From: Podarcis filfolensis
Lineage: Eukaryota
Assembly: GCA_964270895.1 (NCBI GenBank)
Contig: OZ185440.1
Direction: 5' to 3' (one strand)
Length of the DNA stretch: 64,000 nt
The position numbers were made by a program, and so were the translations under genes. Under the pieces are notes generated by a model. The model was given only the letters and a program-made list of their open reading frames with translations. It was not told the DNA's origin and did no database searches. Positions 1 through 12,519 of this stretch are shown piece by piece (the first letter of the stretch is position 1; the number at the start of each line of letters is the position of its first letter).

Positions 1-2724
1 AAGTAAATCTTCACTTTGCTGGAAAATGTTGGGCATGTGCTACTGAGAGAGCCAACATAGCATAATCAGTGCATCCATGCTTGCAGCAGGGCTTCTCCTT
101 CCTTTTGTCCCCTGCACTTCTCTCCCAGGTTCCCACAAAATCTGCTCAAGGTGGGGGGCTCTGGTGCAGATTTGGGGATATGTGCAAGGGTCTGTAGGGG
201 TAGAAGAGAAGCCACAAGTCCCATTACAAAAGCAGGTTTTTGTTGTGCAAGAAGGTAGACATAAGGTGAGACTGCTAGATCAGGCCAGTGGCCCATCCAG
301 CCACAGTGGCTGACAGGATGCCACTGAGAAGATGCAAACTGGACATTAGCGCAACGGCAAAGGTCCTTGGAGAAGATGAGGCATACCTGGCAGCTGCACA
401 GTATGGAGGGGAGTGGGGAAGGGTAATGCTCTCTTGATGCTAAAGCAGCAGCCGTAGTGTGGAGACTACATGGGCAGCACAGGTTAGACCTACCAAGTTG
501 CAACTCAGTCATGTACTTTAAGTCCCTCAGTGCTGTGGGAGACAAGGCAGTCGTTCTTCTCCTGCCATCTCCCTTCAAGTTTATACCATCTGATGGTCCG
601 GCCATGATCCTGGGATGCTTCCAATACAATCTAGGATCAAATTCTTGTCTTTCAGATTTGGGGTTAGTGGTGGTCTGCATTCAGCTCTTTCGCCATTGCA
701 AAACATACCATACCAAATGCTCCCCAATACTGTTATCAAATATCAAATAGAAAATGTAATGCATATGGAAGATTTGACTCTATAATGCAATGGCTTCCAC
801 TAGCACAATGGGGCATCTCCCCCACCACCCTTCTCTGCCCTCACATGCCCCACATCCCCAATTGGTTTGTGGGTTTAGAACCCCCAGAATAGGGCACAAG
901 GAGAGGAGAGGGCAGATGGTTCCATTAGGCAAATATAAATGCTTGCACTGATGGAGCAATCTGCTGAGTGCTACATTAAACTCCTCCCCATAAGTCTGCA
1001 GAAAGAGAGAGCGCTTGCAGAAACTGCCTGCCAATATAGCAAATGTTACTGCTATGGCAATGGCTCTATGGTTTCTACAGAAACTGGAGTCTCCTGCAAG
1101 CAGCTTACTGTATCAGGTGCTTGATAATCCTTGTATGAGATGCGTCTGACTACATTCCATCCCTACAGTCCTGTTCCAGTTCATAGACTGGTGTGCTACT
1201 CATTACCTCATACCAATGCCACAGTCTGAAGAAACCAAGTGAGCTGTTCAACCACCGTGCTCTGATGTTCTTGGATTCCTCCAGAAGGCCAGTTAGTGCC
1301 AGTTATGCTAGTTGTGTCATACCTGGTCCAACTTTCTGCCAATAACAGAGCTTGCATATCCGGACAGCTTCCTTCATCTGGGTGGCAAGACTGGCACTTG
1401 AGAATGGCTCCAATCAGCCTGCCATTGAGCCTCTTTGACAGGCCAGCCTAAAAGCATTATCCGGCCACTAACAAGGTGGGAAATCTTAAGAAGAAAATTG
1501 AAAGGCTGGCCTCCTGCTAGCAGTGATGTGGAGGGTGAGCCAAGGACATCCTCCTGAGACCTGTGTCTGAAAGCCCTTTGTTATTACTAAATCTAGAGAG
1601 ACTCCATTCAAGGCAGATCCTCAGCGGGTGTAAGATGCTCCAGTTCTACTGTTATCAATGCTCTTCTGAGTTCCATTCATGCCTGTGGACATGTGCATGG
1701 GCACATGTCCACCTCAGTTTCTTTAGGACTCATTTACTGGAAGGCTCTTGCATGCAAATTCTTGCCTCTGTTGTGGCAAAGGACAATAAAGCTCTCTCTC
1801 TCTCTCTCATTCTCTCAAGCTCTCTCTCTCTCATCCCCTTTAAGTGGTGCTGTACACTTAGGATCGTCACAGAGGTCCCAGAGCACTTCCGACTGCTAGA
1901 CAGGAGCCTGCAAGAGGAATCCCTTAGAGAGCCACAGCCCTGGGCAGCAACTATGCCTCGCTTAACAACAAGTGCCAGCTGCTGAAAGGGGAAAGCACTG
2001 CAACAATCAGAAACAAATCACCTGCCTGTCATCTTCACAAGCTTTCCACACACATGACACATATCAAGGGCTTCTTGGCTGACTCAGGGGTGCTGAAGAG
2101 CATCTGTTATCAATACTTGTTGCTGCAGAAAAGGTCAAATGGTTCACGATATTGGAAGTTGATGGGCAAGAGACCATGCATCTTTTTTTGCTTTTACATG
2201 GTCAAACTGCGCAAACTGCTTAACCTATTTCAATCCCATGGTTCAAAGCAGTCTTGGGAAGTACCATGAACAGGGGATTGTTATGCCTCCCGCCCCCCAC
2301 CCCACTGTTTCCCTGTGGAATCTTTCTGCACTATTAACAGCAGCAAATAGCAGCTTTGGGGGACAAATAGCAGCTTTTGGGGGTGATTTTCCATTGGAAA
2401 ACAGCATAAAGGGAACAGCTTAGCTCTCCCCTCTGACCCTGACCCTGCCATCAGGGCACGATCCAGATCAGGGTCCCCACAGGTTCAAAAAGGAGAACAC
2501 CCTTGGTGTCATGTCCAAAGGAGAAGCTTGCACAACTCCCCTGAGAGAGGCATGCCAACATTGCCCCTTGCAGTGATCCATGTAAGGTGCTTTTCCCTTG
2601 TGTTTCACATGATACTGAGTGGCTTTGGACACTGAGATATGAGAGTAGTCATGCTGAGGATTCACTCTCTTCAGCAGTTCAGGGATCTCTATTGGTGATT
2701 TGACACTTGGAAGATTAGCCCTCC

Positions 2725-3010
2725 TTCATGTGTCCCCTCCAATTGAGAATGGGCCTTTTCTGTGGTGGCTCCCTGTTTGTGGAGTGCTCTCCCAAGGGAG
2801 GCTCACCTGTCGCCTTTCATGCATATCTTCTCTCAGGCCTTCAGCTAATTAAATAATCTATGGCCTTTTAAACTATGGGGGCAGGGTTATTGTTTTTGTT
2901 TGTTTGTTACGTATTTTTGTTTTTTTATATTGTAAACCACCCTCTGATCCTTAGATGAAGGGCAGTTTAGAAATTTAATTAATTAATAAAATAAATTTAT
3001 TAAATAAATA
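2725..3010 (+). mobile_element. L2-like LINE 3' end fragment
   Basis: gggccttttctgtggtggctccc...gtggagtgctctccc, then tgtaaaccaccctctg...gggcagtttagaaat and an A-rich tail. Similar to the copy at 21735-22310. Confidence 0.6.
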
Positions 3011-3507
3011 GTGCAAGCAGGTCATTGGTGAAAATGTATCATAATGTCTTTGATCATTGATCATAACGCATGTCTGTCCCACACAGCAAACACTTGCTAA
3101 TTTTGATGCTACATGGAGCCATTAGATATTGAGAACAAAGTCATTCGTTGAATAAAGCTACTTCTCATTTACATCAAAGTAGAGAATTTGGCTCAAGATC
3201 TAGCTGGTACAATGAGACCGTGCTGATATGTTGACCAAGTCAGAAGCTTTGGCTAAACATATCCAATTACCCTGATCCATAAACACAAAAGAGAACATTT
3301 AATAGAGGGACATGCTGAGAGAATTGTTCAAAGCCAACCTCTGTTTTAACTATGAATTCAGCATCATGATATGAGTGGCCTAATGGAAGAACATACATGA
3401 CGGAGAATCTACCCGTTTAGTCTCTGCAAGGTGTTTAGCTGCTTCTAGTCTCCTACCACCAATTTTTCTCTCTCTGGCTCTAGTCAGCCCAAGATCTTGC
3501 ACCTCAC

Positions 3508-4447
3508 CTGATCTTTTCCTCTCCATCACCCCTGCCGTTGCAGCTGCCGGAGGGCTGTTGTAACTCTGAATGCTGTTGCGGGGCGAGTTGCCTTCTGACT
3601 TGCAGTACGTTGGTGAGTCAAGCGGCGCTGGGCGAGGTATGTGCTTCTTTTTCTTCTTTGGCAGCTTCTGCTTGGCCATTGCCAATGAATAATACATTCC
3701 AAAATTGTTGACAATAACTGGGACAGGCATGGCAATGGTAAGCACCCCTGCCAGTGCACAAAGAGCCCCCACTAGCATGCCCGACCAGGTTTTGGGGTAC
3801 ATGTCGCCATAGCCCAATGTGGTCATGGTCACCACTGCCCACCAGAATCCAATGGGAATATTCTTAAAGTGGGTGTGCTCACTTCCACTCGGATCAGATG
3901 GCTTGGCTCCAATCCTTTCAGCATAGTAAATCATGGTGGCAAAGATCAAAACCCCCAGAGCCAGGAAGATGATAAGGAGGAGAAACTCATTGGTACTGGC
4001 CCGAAGTGTATGGCCCAGTACCCGAAGCCCCACAAAATGGCGTGTCAACTTGAAGATCCGCAGGATCCGAACAAAACGTACTACCCTCAGGAAGCCCAGC
4101 ACATCCCGTGCAGCTTTGGATGATAGGCCGCTGAGTCCCACCTCCAAATAGAAGGGCAAGATGGCTACAAAGTCTATGATGTTAAGAAGGTTCTTGATGA
4201 AGACCAATTTATCTGGGCAGCAAACAATACGCACTAGGAACTCCAGAGTGAACCACAGGACACAGACTCCCTCAACATAGGTGAGGATGGGTTCCGTCTC
4301 CAGCTTTCGCATCACAAAGGTCTCGGTTGTGTTGCCCGTCACCAGCGTTTCAGTCACGTTAACATCTATGATGAAGGCTTCGTGCGTCTCCAGGCAAAAG
4401 GTTGTTATGGACGCCAGAATGAAAAAAAGCGAGGCAAAAGCAATTAT
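3508..4447 (-). CDS. KCNC4: Kv3.4 channel coding exon 2 (S1-S6, pore, proximal C-terminus), 940 nt
   Basis: Acceptor ctgcAG|ATAATT at 4448/4447 and donor TCAG|GTGAGG at 3508/3507. Encodes S1 [17 protein letters not shown] sequons in the S1-S2 loop, S4 [18 protein letters not shown], pore [12 protein letters not shown] and S6 [10 protein letters not shown]. In phase with exon 1. Confidence 0.97.
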
Positions 4448-5744
4448 CTGCAGGAGGACGAAAAAATAAGCTCAGTGACTAAAATGAACAGGCCATGGGA
4501 GCAGAAAAACAATATATGTAGAAAACAACATCTCTCTCTTTCTCTGGTGCACTTATTAATTGCTACAAAGAAGATACAGAATGAAGATGTATGCTTGATT
4601 TGAACCTAGGAAGAGGCATAGCCATGATCAAATGACAAGCTTGGAATTTTTCTCTACCCACTTGATGTGGCCGTGCTCTCTGAGGAGAGGAGGAGTCTTT
4701 TTTGAATGGATCCTTTACTTCATGAATGAATCTTAGTTTTCAGTTCCAGCCACCAACTCAGTGAGATTGATCAGTCAAAGAAGTTGGAGGGAGGAGACTG
4801 TGGAAACAATGAGCGTTCATACCTCAAAATGATGAGCTTGCAGGCAGTCTGTCTCCTTTCATTTACCTTCAACACTATGCTAACCTTAAAGGAATAATAC
4901 TAATAAGTATGTACCAAGATTAGGCAAGGACTGAACATGCCATACTCAACTTCCTCCTTGCTTTATGATGTCCTTTTTGGACCAAATTGTTAGGCAGCAT
5001 GAAATTTCCATGCCTCTGATGGCAATGAAACTCATCAGCAGTTTTGGTTTCTCCTGTATCCCAAAGGCCAGCCAGTCTCACACGCCACTGATACTAACAA
5101 TAAACAGGAAGAGCTCAATTACCCAGTTGGGACTACTTGTGTTTGTCTGTGCTCCAGCCTCATTCTTGTTTGTTTCCCCCCCTGCACATTAGTTTGCCAA
5201 CCAATGCATGGATTAAAACCCACATGAACATAAGAAGGCTATTTCTGTGCTTTGGTTGATGATGACTTGGAGTAAAGGTCTGGTAGCTTCGATGAAGAAG
5301 TAAGTTTGATAGTTCATATATCATTTTGATGTGCTATTAATTAAAGCACTGGTTTGCAATTAAATAAATGATTCATACTACCTAGGAGTATAATCCAAAA
5401 CCCTAAACTGTGAGGCTACATGTACTGCAGAATATATACAGTATCTGCCATTTAGATACAAGGGGATCTGTTGTGAAATTCACAGATTTTAGTTTGGCTT
5501 TTCCTGTCCACATGAGAGCAGACTAAGCCAGATGATTTGCTTGAAGGCTAAGGCTAGGATCCTGAGTAAAACTAGTTCAGAGAGCACAGAGGAGTTTTAA
5601 GTTTCTTTTCCCCAAACAACACAACTCTCCCTGTCACTTGGCAAACTGCCTTTGAAACTGATAACTTTCCAGAAGCAAGGGCTGGCGGTTATTGGGCAAA
5701 TCAGTTTTCCTCCATGGTATAGGAATAAATGCCAGATGAGTTGG

Positions 5745-5925
5745 CCATCTACTCAGTTGGCTTTAAAAGTGGATTAGACAAATCCATGAAAAGGCTATCA
5801 ATGGCTATTAGTCATGTTGGCTGAGTACTAGCTCCAGTGTCGAGACAATATGCCTCTGAACGCCAGTTGCTGAGAATCCCAAATCAGAAAGTTCTGTTGC
5901 ACTCCTGTCCTGCTTATTTGACCTT
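5745..5925 (+). mobile_element. CR1 LINE 3' fragment (ORF2 end and 3' UTR)
   Basis: ggctttaaaagtggattagacaaatccatg...ggctatcaatggctattag resembles the degenerate CR1 ORF2 C-terminus (GFKxGLDKxM...INGY). Confidence 0.6.
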
Positions 5926-6944
5926 TAATTCAATGTGTTTCACAGAAAGTTATCAATTGAATTTTCTGAGATTATTTGTGTAAATATTTAACGTATTTAT
6001 TTGCATTAAACTCAGATTTCATTTTAAAGCAGGCTAGTGGTGTGTGTGTGTGTGTGTAGCTGGCATTAAGGCTGCAGCCATACGTACCTGAGAGTAATTT
6101 CCACTGAAATGTAATAGAGTGGTCCTATGTATATCTGTCCACAAATATTCCTCATCCTCTCAGCTAAGTGTGTATAGAATTACAGAGTTACTTGAGAGGT
6201 TTCAGTGGGACTTGCTACTGAATATACATGCATAAGTTTCTGCTATTCACAAGGTAGCGGAAACTTAGAATAAAAATAAAAGCATATTTAAATTCTAAAG
6301 CAATTAAAAAATAACAATAGTTCACCCTGCTTTGACACCCTGCCTCCAAAGCTGATGGCCTTTCCATTCTACATACTAATGAAGAATTCATACTCTTGGC
6401 TGAAGCTCCATAGTATGCAAGGTGTTTCAGAAAATGAATAACTGGAACAAATGTGAAATAAGCACAAGCACACATGCACACACACAAGTGTACACTATTT
6501 CTCTCAGAATAATTTGATGCTTTATTTAACAAATCAGTGCACCTAACAATTTTACCAAGTTGGTGATGAGCCTTGCAGAGCTTTTCATTTTTACTGCTTG
6601 GCCTCGGTTAACATCTAGTCATTGCATTGGATCATTGATTTTAGCTCAAGAGGAGACTCATCAGCCCTGTGATATGAAGGCAAATATTGATTTCATAATA
6701 CTTCATGGGGTTGTGGAACAATTGCCCCAGTCTCTAAGCACAACCCCATTAAATTAGTCATCTCCACTTAGATACTTGGGGTAAAGTTGACTCCCACCTG
6801 TCCTGAATGGTGGATCAACCACTATCCTAAGTGAACTTTATGAAGTAAGCCAAATTAATTCTTTGCAATTGTCTTCACTTATAAGGCACATCCCTGTGCC
6901 TAACTTTCACAGGAAGGGAGTCTGAGAAACTGAGGCAAATCGTG

Positions 6945-7735
6945 ATATCAAGAGATGACGTTCAATGTCTTTTTGACAAAATAAAAGCTGACAAATCACT
7001 GCATCCAGGTAGCCATCACTTGAGAGTTCTTAAAGAACTCAAATGTGAAACTTCTGACTTTATAACAAAAACACATAACTTGCCCCTAAGATCTGTCTCC
7101 ACACCTGCGAACTGGAAAGTGACCAATGTAACATCCATTTTTCATATGGTATTCAGATTGGAAACTGGTAGAAAACATTGTTCTACAAAATTACCAACCA
7201 TACAGAAGAACTACCCTTGCTGAAGTCAAACCAGCATGGCTTCCACAAGAGAAAGTCCTGCCTTAATAACCTATCAGAGTTCTTCAATAATGTCAACAGG
7301 CATAGAGATAGACTCTCAGAAAGCTTTTGACAAAGTACCTCATCTCACCACAGAATCCTGAGCTTAGCAGTCGTGGAATAAGAGAGAGGATCAGTAACTG
7401 GTTAAGAAACATGAAGCAGAGAGTATGGATAAACAGACCCTTCTTTTAATGGAGGGATGGAGAAAGCTGAGGCTCCCAAGCATCACCATTGGAACCTGTG
7501 CTTTTAAACTTGTCCATAGATGACCTAGAGTTCAGGAGCAGTGAGGAAACCTGCTGACAATACCAAATTGTTTAGGGTGGTTAAAACAAAGCAAACAGAG
7601 ATTGTGAAGAGCTCCAGTAGGATTTCTCCAAACTGGGTGAATGAGTAGTAAAATTGGAAATACAATTCAGTGTAAGCAAGTGTAAAGTGATGCACATTAC
7701 AGGAGTGGGGAAACACCTTAATTTCACATATACAG
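6945..7735 (+). mobile_element. Degenerate CR1 LINE ORF2 (reverse transcriptase) fragment
   Basis: Translated pieces DKIKADKSLHPGSHHLRVLKELK, QHGF..RKSCLxNL, KAFDKVPH and QFSVSKCKVMHI are CR1 RT motifs, interrupted by frameshifts and stops. Confidence 0.8.
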
Positions 7736-8459
7736 TGTGCTTTTTCCTGTTTTTTAGATCATGCACTTTCTTGATTACACATAGAGTCATTGAAGCCTCT
7801 TCCTGTGGCTTGTATATGCATTGCTGGCATGCTCGTTTCCTCTTTTGGTGGTTTTATGCACTCAGGTGGAATCTACACACATATAAAAAAAACGCTGTGA
7901 AAATGCTTTTTATAAAAAAAGGTTGAAAAATATATTGAATTTGCCATAGCTCACCATCACAATCTAGTGTCACATTTGTATATTGCACTATACAAAGCAT
8001 TTAAAACATTTTATTTACCGCTGTATAGCTGAGTCCTCAGTGTAGTTTCTAGGGCTGCCCCCATCTACTTGAACAGCAACAGTAGCTAACATGATTGCCA
8101 CTCTTACTAAGCACGTTGTTACCTTTTCTGTTACATTTCTCTGTGCAGAGAAAAGAAGAAGAGGAAGAGGAAGAAAAACCACCACCACCACATTGTTGCA
8201 ATTGTCTCCCTTTGGCCTGGGGTATATTCCAGGTGTGGAAGTGTCATTTTGGTGGAGGCAGGCCTTTTCAGGTATTATTCCTCCTCCTCCTGTTTCTATG
8301 CAATATGCAATGCAACAAAAGCAGTCTAGCAGCTTTATTTATTATCTCATTCCCACCCTTCTGTTACTCCAAGGAACCTAAGGGACATACACCCACACAC
8401 CCCAATGTTTCTCCTCACAACAAGTCTGCAATACAGTTTAGGCTGACAGAGCACGACTA

Positions 8460-8575
8460 GATCAAGGCTGCCTAGTGAACTTCATGGCTGAGCAGGGAAC
8501 TGACCCTAGATCTCCCCTTGTCTGTGCCTAGTCTGACACAATTACCACAATATCACCCTGGCCAACACTGTCAGA
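8460..8575 (-). mobile_element. CORE/MIR-like SINE fragment
   Basis: caaggctgcctagtgaacttcatggctgagcagggaactgaccc is the reverse complement of the head/core seen in the 37317 copy. Confidence 0.5.
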
Positions 8576-11500
8576 TCCTAGTATCTCTGCTACTGCTGAA
8601 ACATTTGCCTTCTAGTGGCAGGCAAAGTGTGAGCAAAGAACCTCTGTATGAATTCCTGCTGAGCTATGCCCACTACACAGCTCTGCCTTTACTGTTCTTC
8701 ACAGTCCGCAAGTGAGTCAGGATGCAAAATTATGTCTGGCTGTGAGAAGCAGAAATTAAGGTGGGAGATCTGCTTTCATTTGGGGCTTTTAAACTCTGCT
8801 CTCTCCTGCTGAGCAGACTGCTGCAATGTTTCATGTCCATGATTACAGCTGTTTGTGTGAGTCTCTAGCATGCCATGCCTTTGTTCATCACGGTAGGGGG
8901 ACAGGGCTCCTTCCCAGCACGAAGCACCAATTCCTACTGTTACTCCAAAGTCAGCTGCTTCCTGCAGCCAAAGCCGCTTTCTCTGCATTTTGTATGGAGG
9001 AATCAATTTCTGTTGTGCTGAGGGACTTCCTAACTAGAGTTAGTGTAATTCCAGAAGAAGTATGAACTCTGTCGTTGCCCTGTGCCTCATTGCTCACTTT
9101 GTGTTCTGCTAAATATCTTCCATAGGTGTGTGGAAAAAACAGCTCTCAAAACCCAACCTTCAGAGGTCAATGCCACAGCAGGGACTCTTAGCTCCAGCCA
9201 AAGCACCAATAAAACTGTCACTTTTGATAATGATGCCACAGGCTCCTCCCCTTCACAGCACAACCTTATAGACCAAGATGTCTTATGATGTTGGTTTGTG
9301 GCAGAAGGGAGAAATTGGGGGCAGGCTAAGAGTAATGGGGTCCAGCCAGAAATGGGGCCTGTCTGGGCTGATCCCAATGCCATCTGCGTGAAAAACCCAG
9401 ACATTCTTGCTTGCCAGGGAAGCATGAATAATATTGATTACAATGAACAACTTGGCCACAAAGGACTGTCCTTTGCTCCCCACATTTTCATACAACTACA
9501 TGCAAAGGGCAACATCTTTTGAGCAGGAACACTGAAGGAGTGAGACTGAGTAACATCACTTTTGTACCTTTCCCCCTATGTTTTCTTAGTCAAGAAAAAT
9601 ACAAAATTATTATTATTAAAAACATTTTCTGGCCTGAGAAAGCAAATCAAAATGTCATGTACCCAATGAAGAACAAGGGTTAATAAGGCCAGTTAAGGCC
9701 AGCTAGAATTTATTCCAGTGATGAAAAAGATGGAATCTATGGCAGTCTTTGGAAAGTCAAGCCTTAGTGGACAACAAAGATCAGAGATCTTGTTTCTGTG
9801 GCAAATAATGCATCAACACTTGTTTCTTTCAGAGCAGGATTCCATTAAGGGGAGGGGGGGTTATTTCTACACCACCTAAATGAAGCGCAAGGGCACTTTC
9901 TAAGACAAACCATTCATATTTCATGAACCATTTAAAACACCCTTCTCAACACTAGTATGTAACATTAGCAGTACTGGATACTTAGCTGGTACAAATTGAG
10001 ATACCGGTAATCGAGAGCTTGAAATGAGTTGAACAGCACCTGTTTATACCATATGAGGATCCTTATCACAGTTGGAAGGAAGTTTGGAGATGGAGGTAAA
10101 TGAAGTTTCCTGGGTCAACTGCTCTCAGCTTCCCCAGAGTACAGCAGAGTCTGCCAGGTCATGCCATCTAGCTAATGCCCACCAAATCTTAATACATATC
10201 CTCTCCCTTTTAATTTAGATGCTTTTCGAAGCCATTCTTCTATGGCCCTGTGCCTTGGTCCCTGGGGGAGGACAGTCACATTTCCTGCCAGGTTCTCCAT
10301 CTGCCATTGACAGTGAGAGCCCCTTAAGCTTTGCTTTCTCCAAGAAACTGAAACCTTCGCAAAAACAAAACAAAACAGGTACTGAGATTTTTTCGTGCAA
10401 TGACCTGGGCTGATCATATTCTTAAATGGTTTGCAGGGAGAAGGTAGGGACAGATGTACTCATCACTACATTGGGGCAGATTTTTTCATTTCTAGCTCTG
10501 TTAATCATATCACCAGGCATCACCGAGGTCAACGGCTGGGGAAAGCATTTTCCAGGAGAAGACGAGAGACAGGCGAAGGCAGTGTGGGAAAATCCCTGGA
10601 GGCTGTTTTCAGCAAGTCTATTTTGGACCCTCTCATAAATTGAGAGCAGCTTTGGAAATCTAAGACCTTTGAGACTACAGAAGGGGCCGGTAATGCCGTC
10701 TTTGGAATGTCTGGTTTCGGGATTTGGCTGTTTGGCTGGAAGAAAACATGTTGGATGTATGTGCATACACCTCTGCTATACCGGCAATGGAGGATAATGT
10801 TTCATGCAGCTGATGAAGTGGACCCCAGTCCATGAACGTTTATGCCCACCAAAACCTGTTAGTCTTTAAGGTGCCAAAAGAGTATTTGCTGCTTATGATG
10901 GTTCTAGAGAGTCCAACCCCCCACCAACGCACACATTTTAATGTGAACTCTGCCAGGATCTAGGCTGAGCTCAGAGTGTTCCCTTGCATTTTTTACACCT
11001 CTAAATGCCAGCAATGCTTCTGCATGTGAGACAGAGAGAGCTAAGAGTATATGTGCCAGCATTTACGTGATAGGTGTGACTAAGGAAACAGAGATATGAA
11101 CCACTACTTCTTGAGTATAAAAGCAAGAGCGTATGGCTGGATGTGAATAATGCATTTGATTTATGCGTACATTAAAAAGCAGAAGCATGTGGAGATTGCC
11201 TCTATTAATTTGTGTGGGTTTGAATGGGAATGAAGTGGGTGTGTCTCCATCAGTAGGCATGAAAAAGTATCTCTCAAAGCGAAAAAGCAGGCAAGTAGCA
11301 GGTGGCTTCCCGTCAGGCTGTATTTCTTGTTCCGGAACTTGCAAACAGGTAGGAATGGCAGGTATCACTAATCTGCTTGCAAGTTAGAATTCTAAAAGAT
11401 GAAAATTAAATTTACTGTTATCATGGGTGAAACCAGGGGGTTGCATCACAGCTTCCTTAAGCAAAAGGAAGGCTTGTTTTTGAATAGTGGATCAAAGAGG

Positions 11501-12519
11501 ACAATAAATAGAAATAAAAGTTGGGGGCAATGTACCCTCCTTGGGTTGTCAAGGGCAAACTCCCACCCACAGCTTCTTCTTTCTTTGGCTGCTTAAGACA
11601 TGAATTTCTGTGTACACGCATGTAAGCACAGACACAAGAGAGAGGTGTGAAAGGACACGTGCAAGCCAGTGGTGAACTTGGAAGAAGCATAGGAGGGGAA
11701 AATATAGGTCAGTGGTCCCTAATCAGCTAAGTACTACAGACCCCTGTTTTTCAAAAGTCATAGACCTACGACTTATGAAAATTTTGATCTCTCTATGGTA
11801 GTTTTTGTTATGTGATCCCCACTGATAGAGCTAATTATTACTAGGCTTTCCTAAACGTATTTTAGATCTTGAATTCCATGAGTGGAAGAGGGGACAGTAT
11901 GCGTAATGCTGGGGCAGACTGCTCCAAGGCTGCCTTGGGAATCTGAAGGCCTTGTGTTTGCCTAATGAGAGTTGTGCTGGGATGACCATTGTCTGGGGTG
12001 GGGGCAAGCCACGTCCATACAAATTCAGGGGTGCTGTTTTACTCCTCTATGTGTGTACATAAAAAGAAAAGAAACACACACACACAGAGAAAAGAAGAAC
12101 CGAGACGCTTCCCTCTCACGTTTGTGCCAGCAAGGGAGAGCAAGGAGAGAAGGTCACATGAAGGGAAAGAGGAAGAGAAAATAGCAGCGAATGAACAGGA
12201 GGGTCATCACAAAGAAAAGAAACTCGACGCAACAGCCTTCAAGAGTGGATGAAATCCCATACTGCCCATAACAAAAATGCCTCAAACTGAATGTAACTCA
12301 TGGAAATAATTTAGTAACAACATTTTGAAACAAATTTTAAAAATGTGAAGCAACTGTTGTCTCTGGAGAGAAACAGAAGACGGAACAATGGGGTGGCGCA
12401 GGAAGGGTAACGGAGTGGTGGGGGCCCATGAGGACCCAGCTGAGCCTCTGTGGATCTGGCCAGTGTGTGGGGAGCCCCCCCCCCGCTCCCATAGGTGCCC
12501 CCACCAATTGCCCATCAAC

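Noticed and set aside
66-2100. 204-aa ORF (66-680) and neighbours as a possible gene, KCNC4 exon 3 or DIRS/LTR element
   Set aside because: No match to the expected Kv3.4 exon 3 peptide (DSKQNGD...CFLL) and no recognisable gag/RT/recombinase motif. A degenerate repeat cannot be excluded without RepeatMasker.
9082-9522. Protein-looking plus-strand ORFs in KCNC4 intron 1
   Set aside because: Short, non-ATG starts, no domain or splice support.
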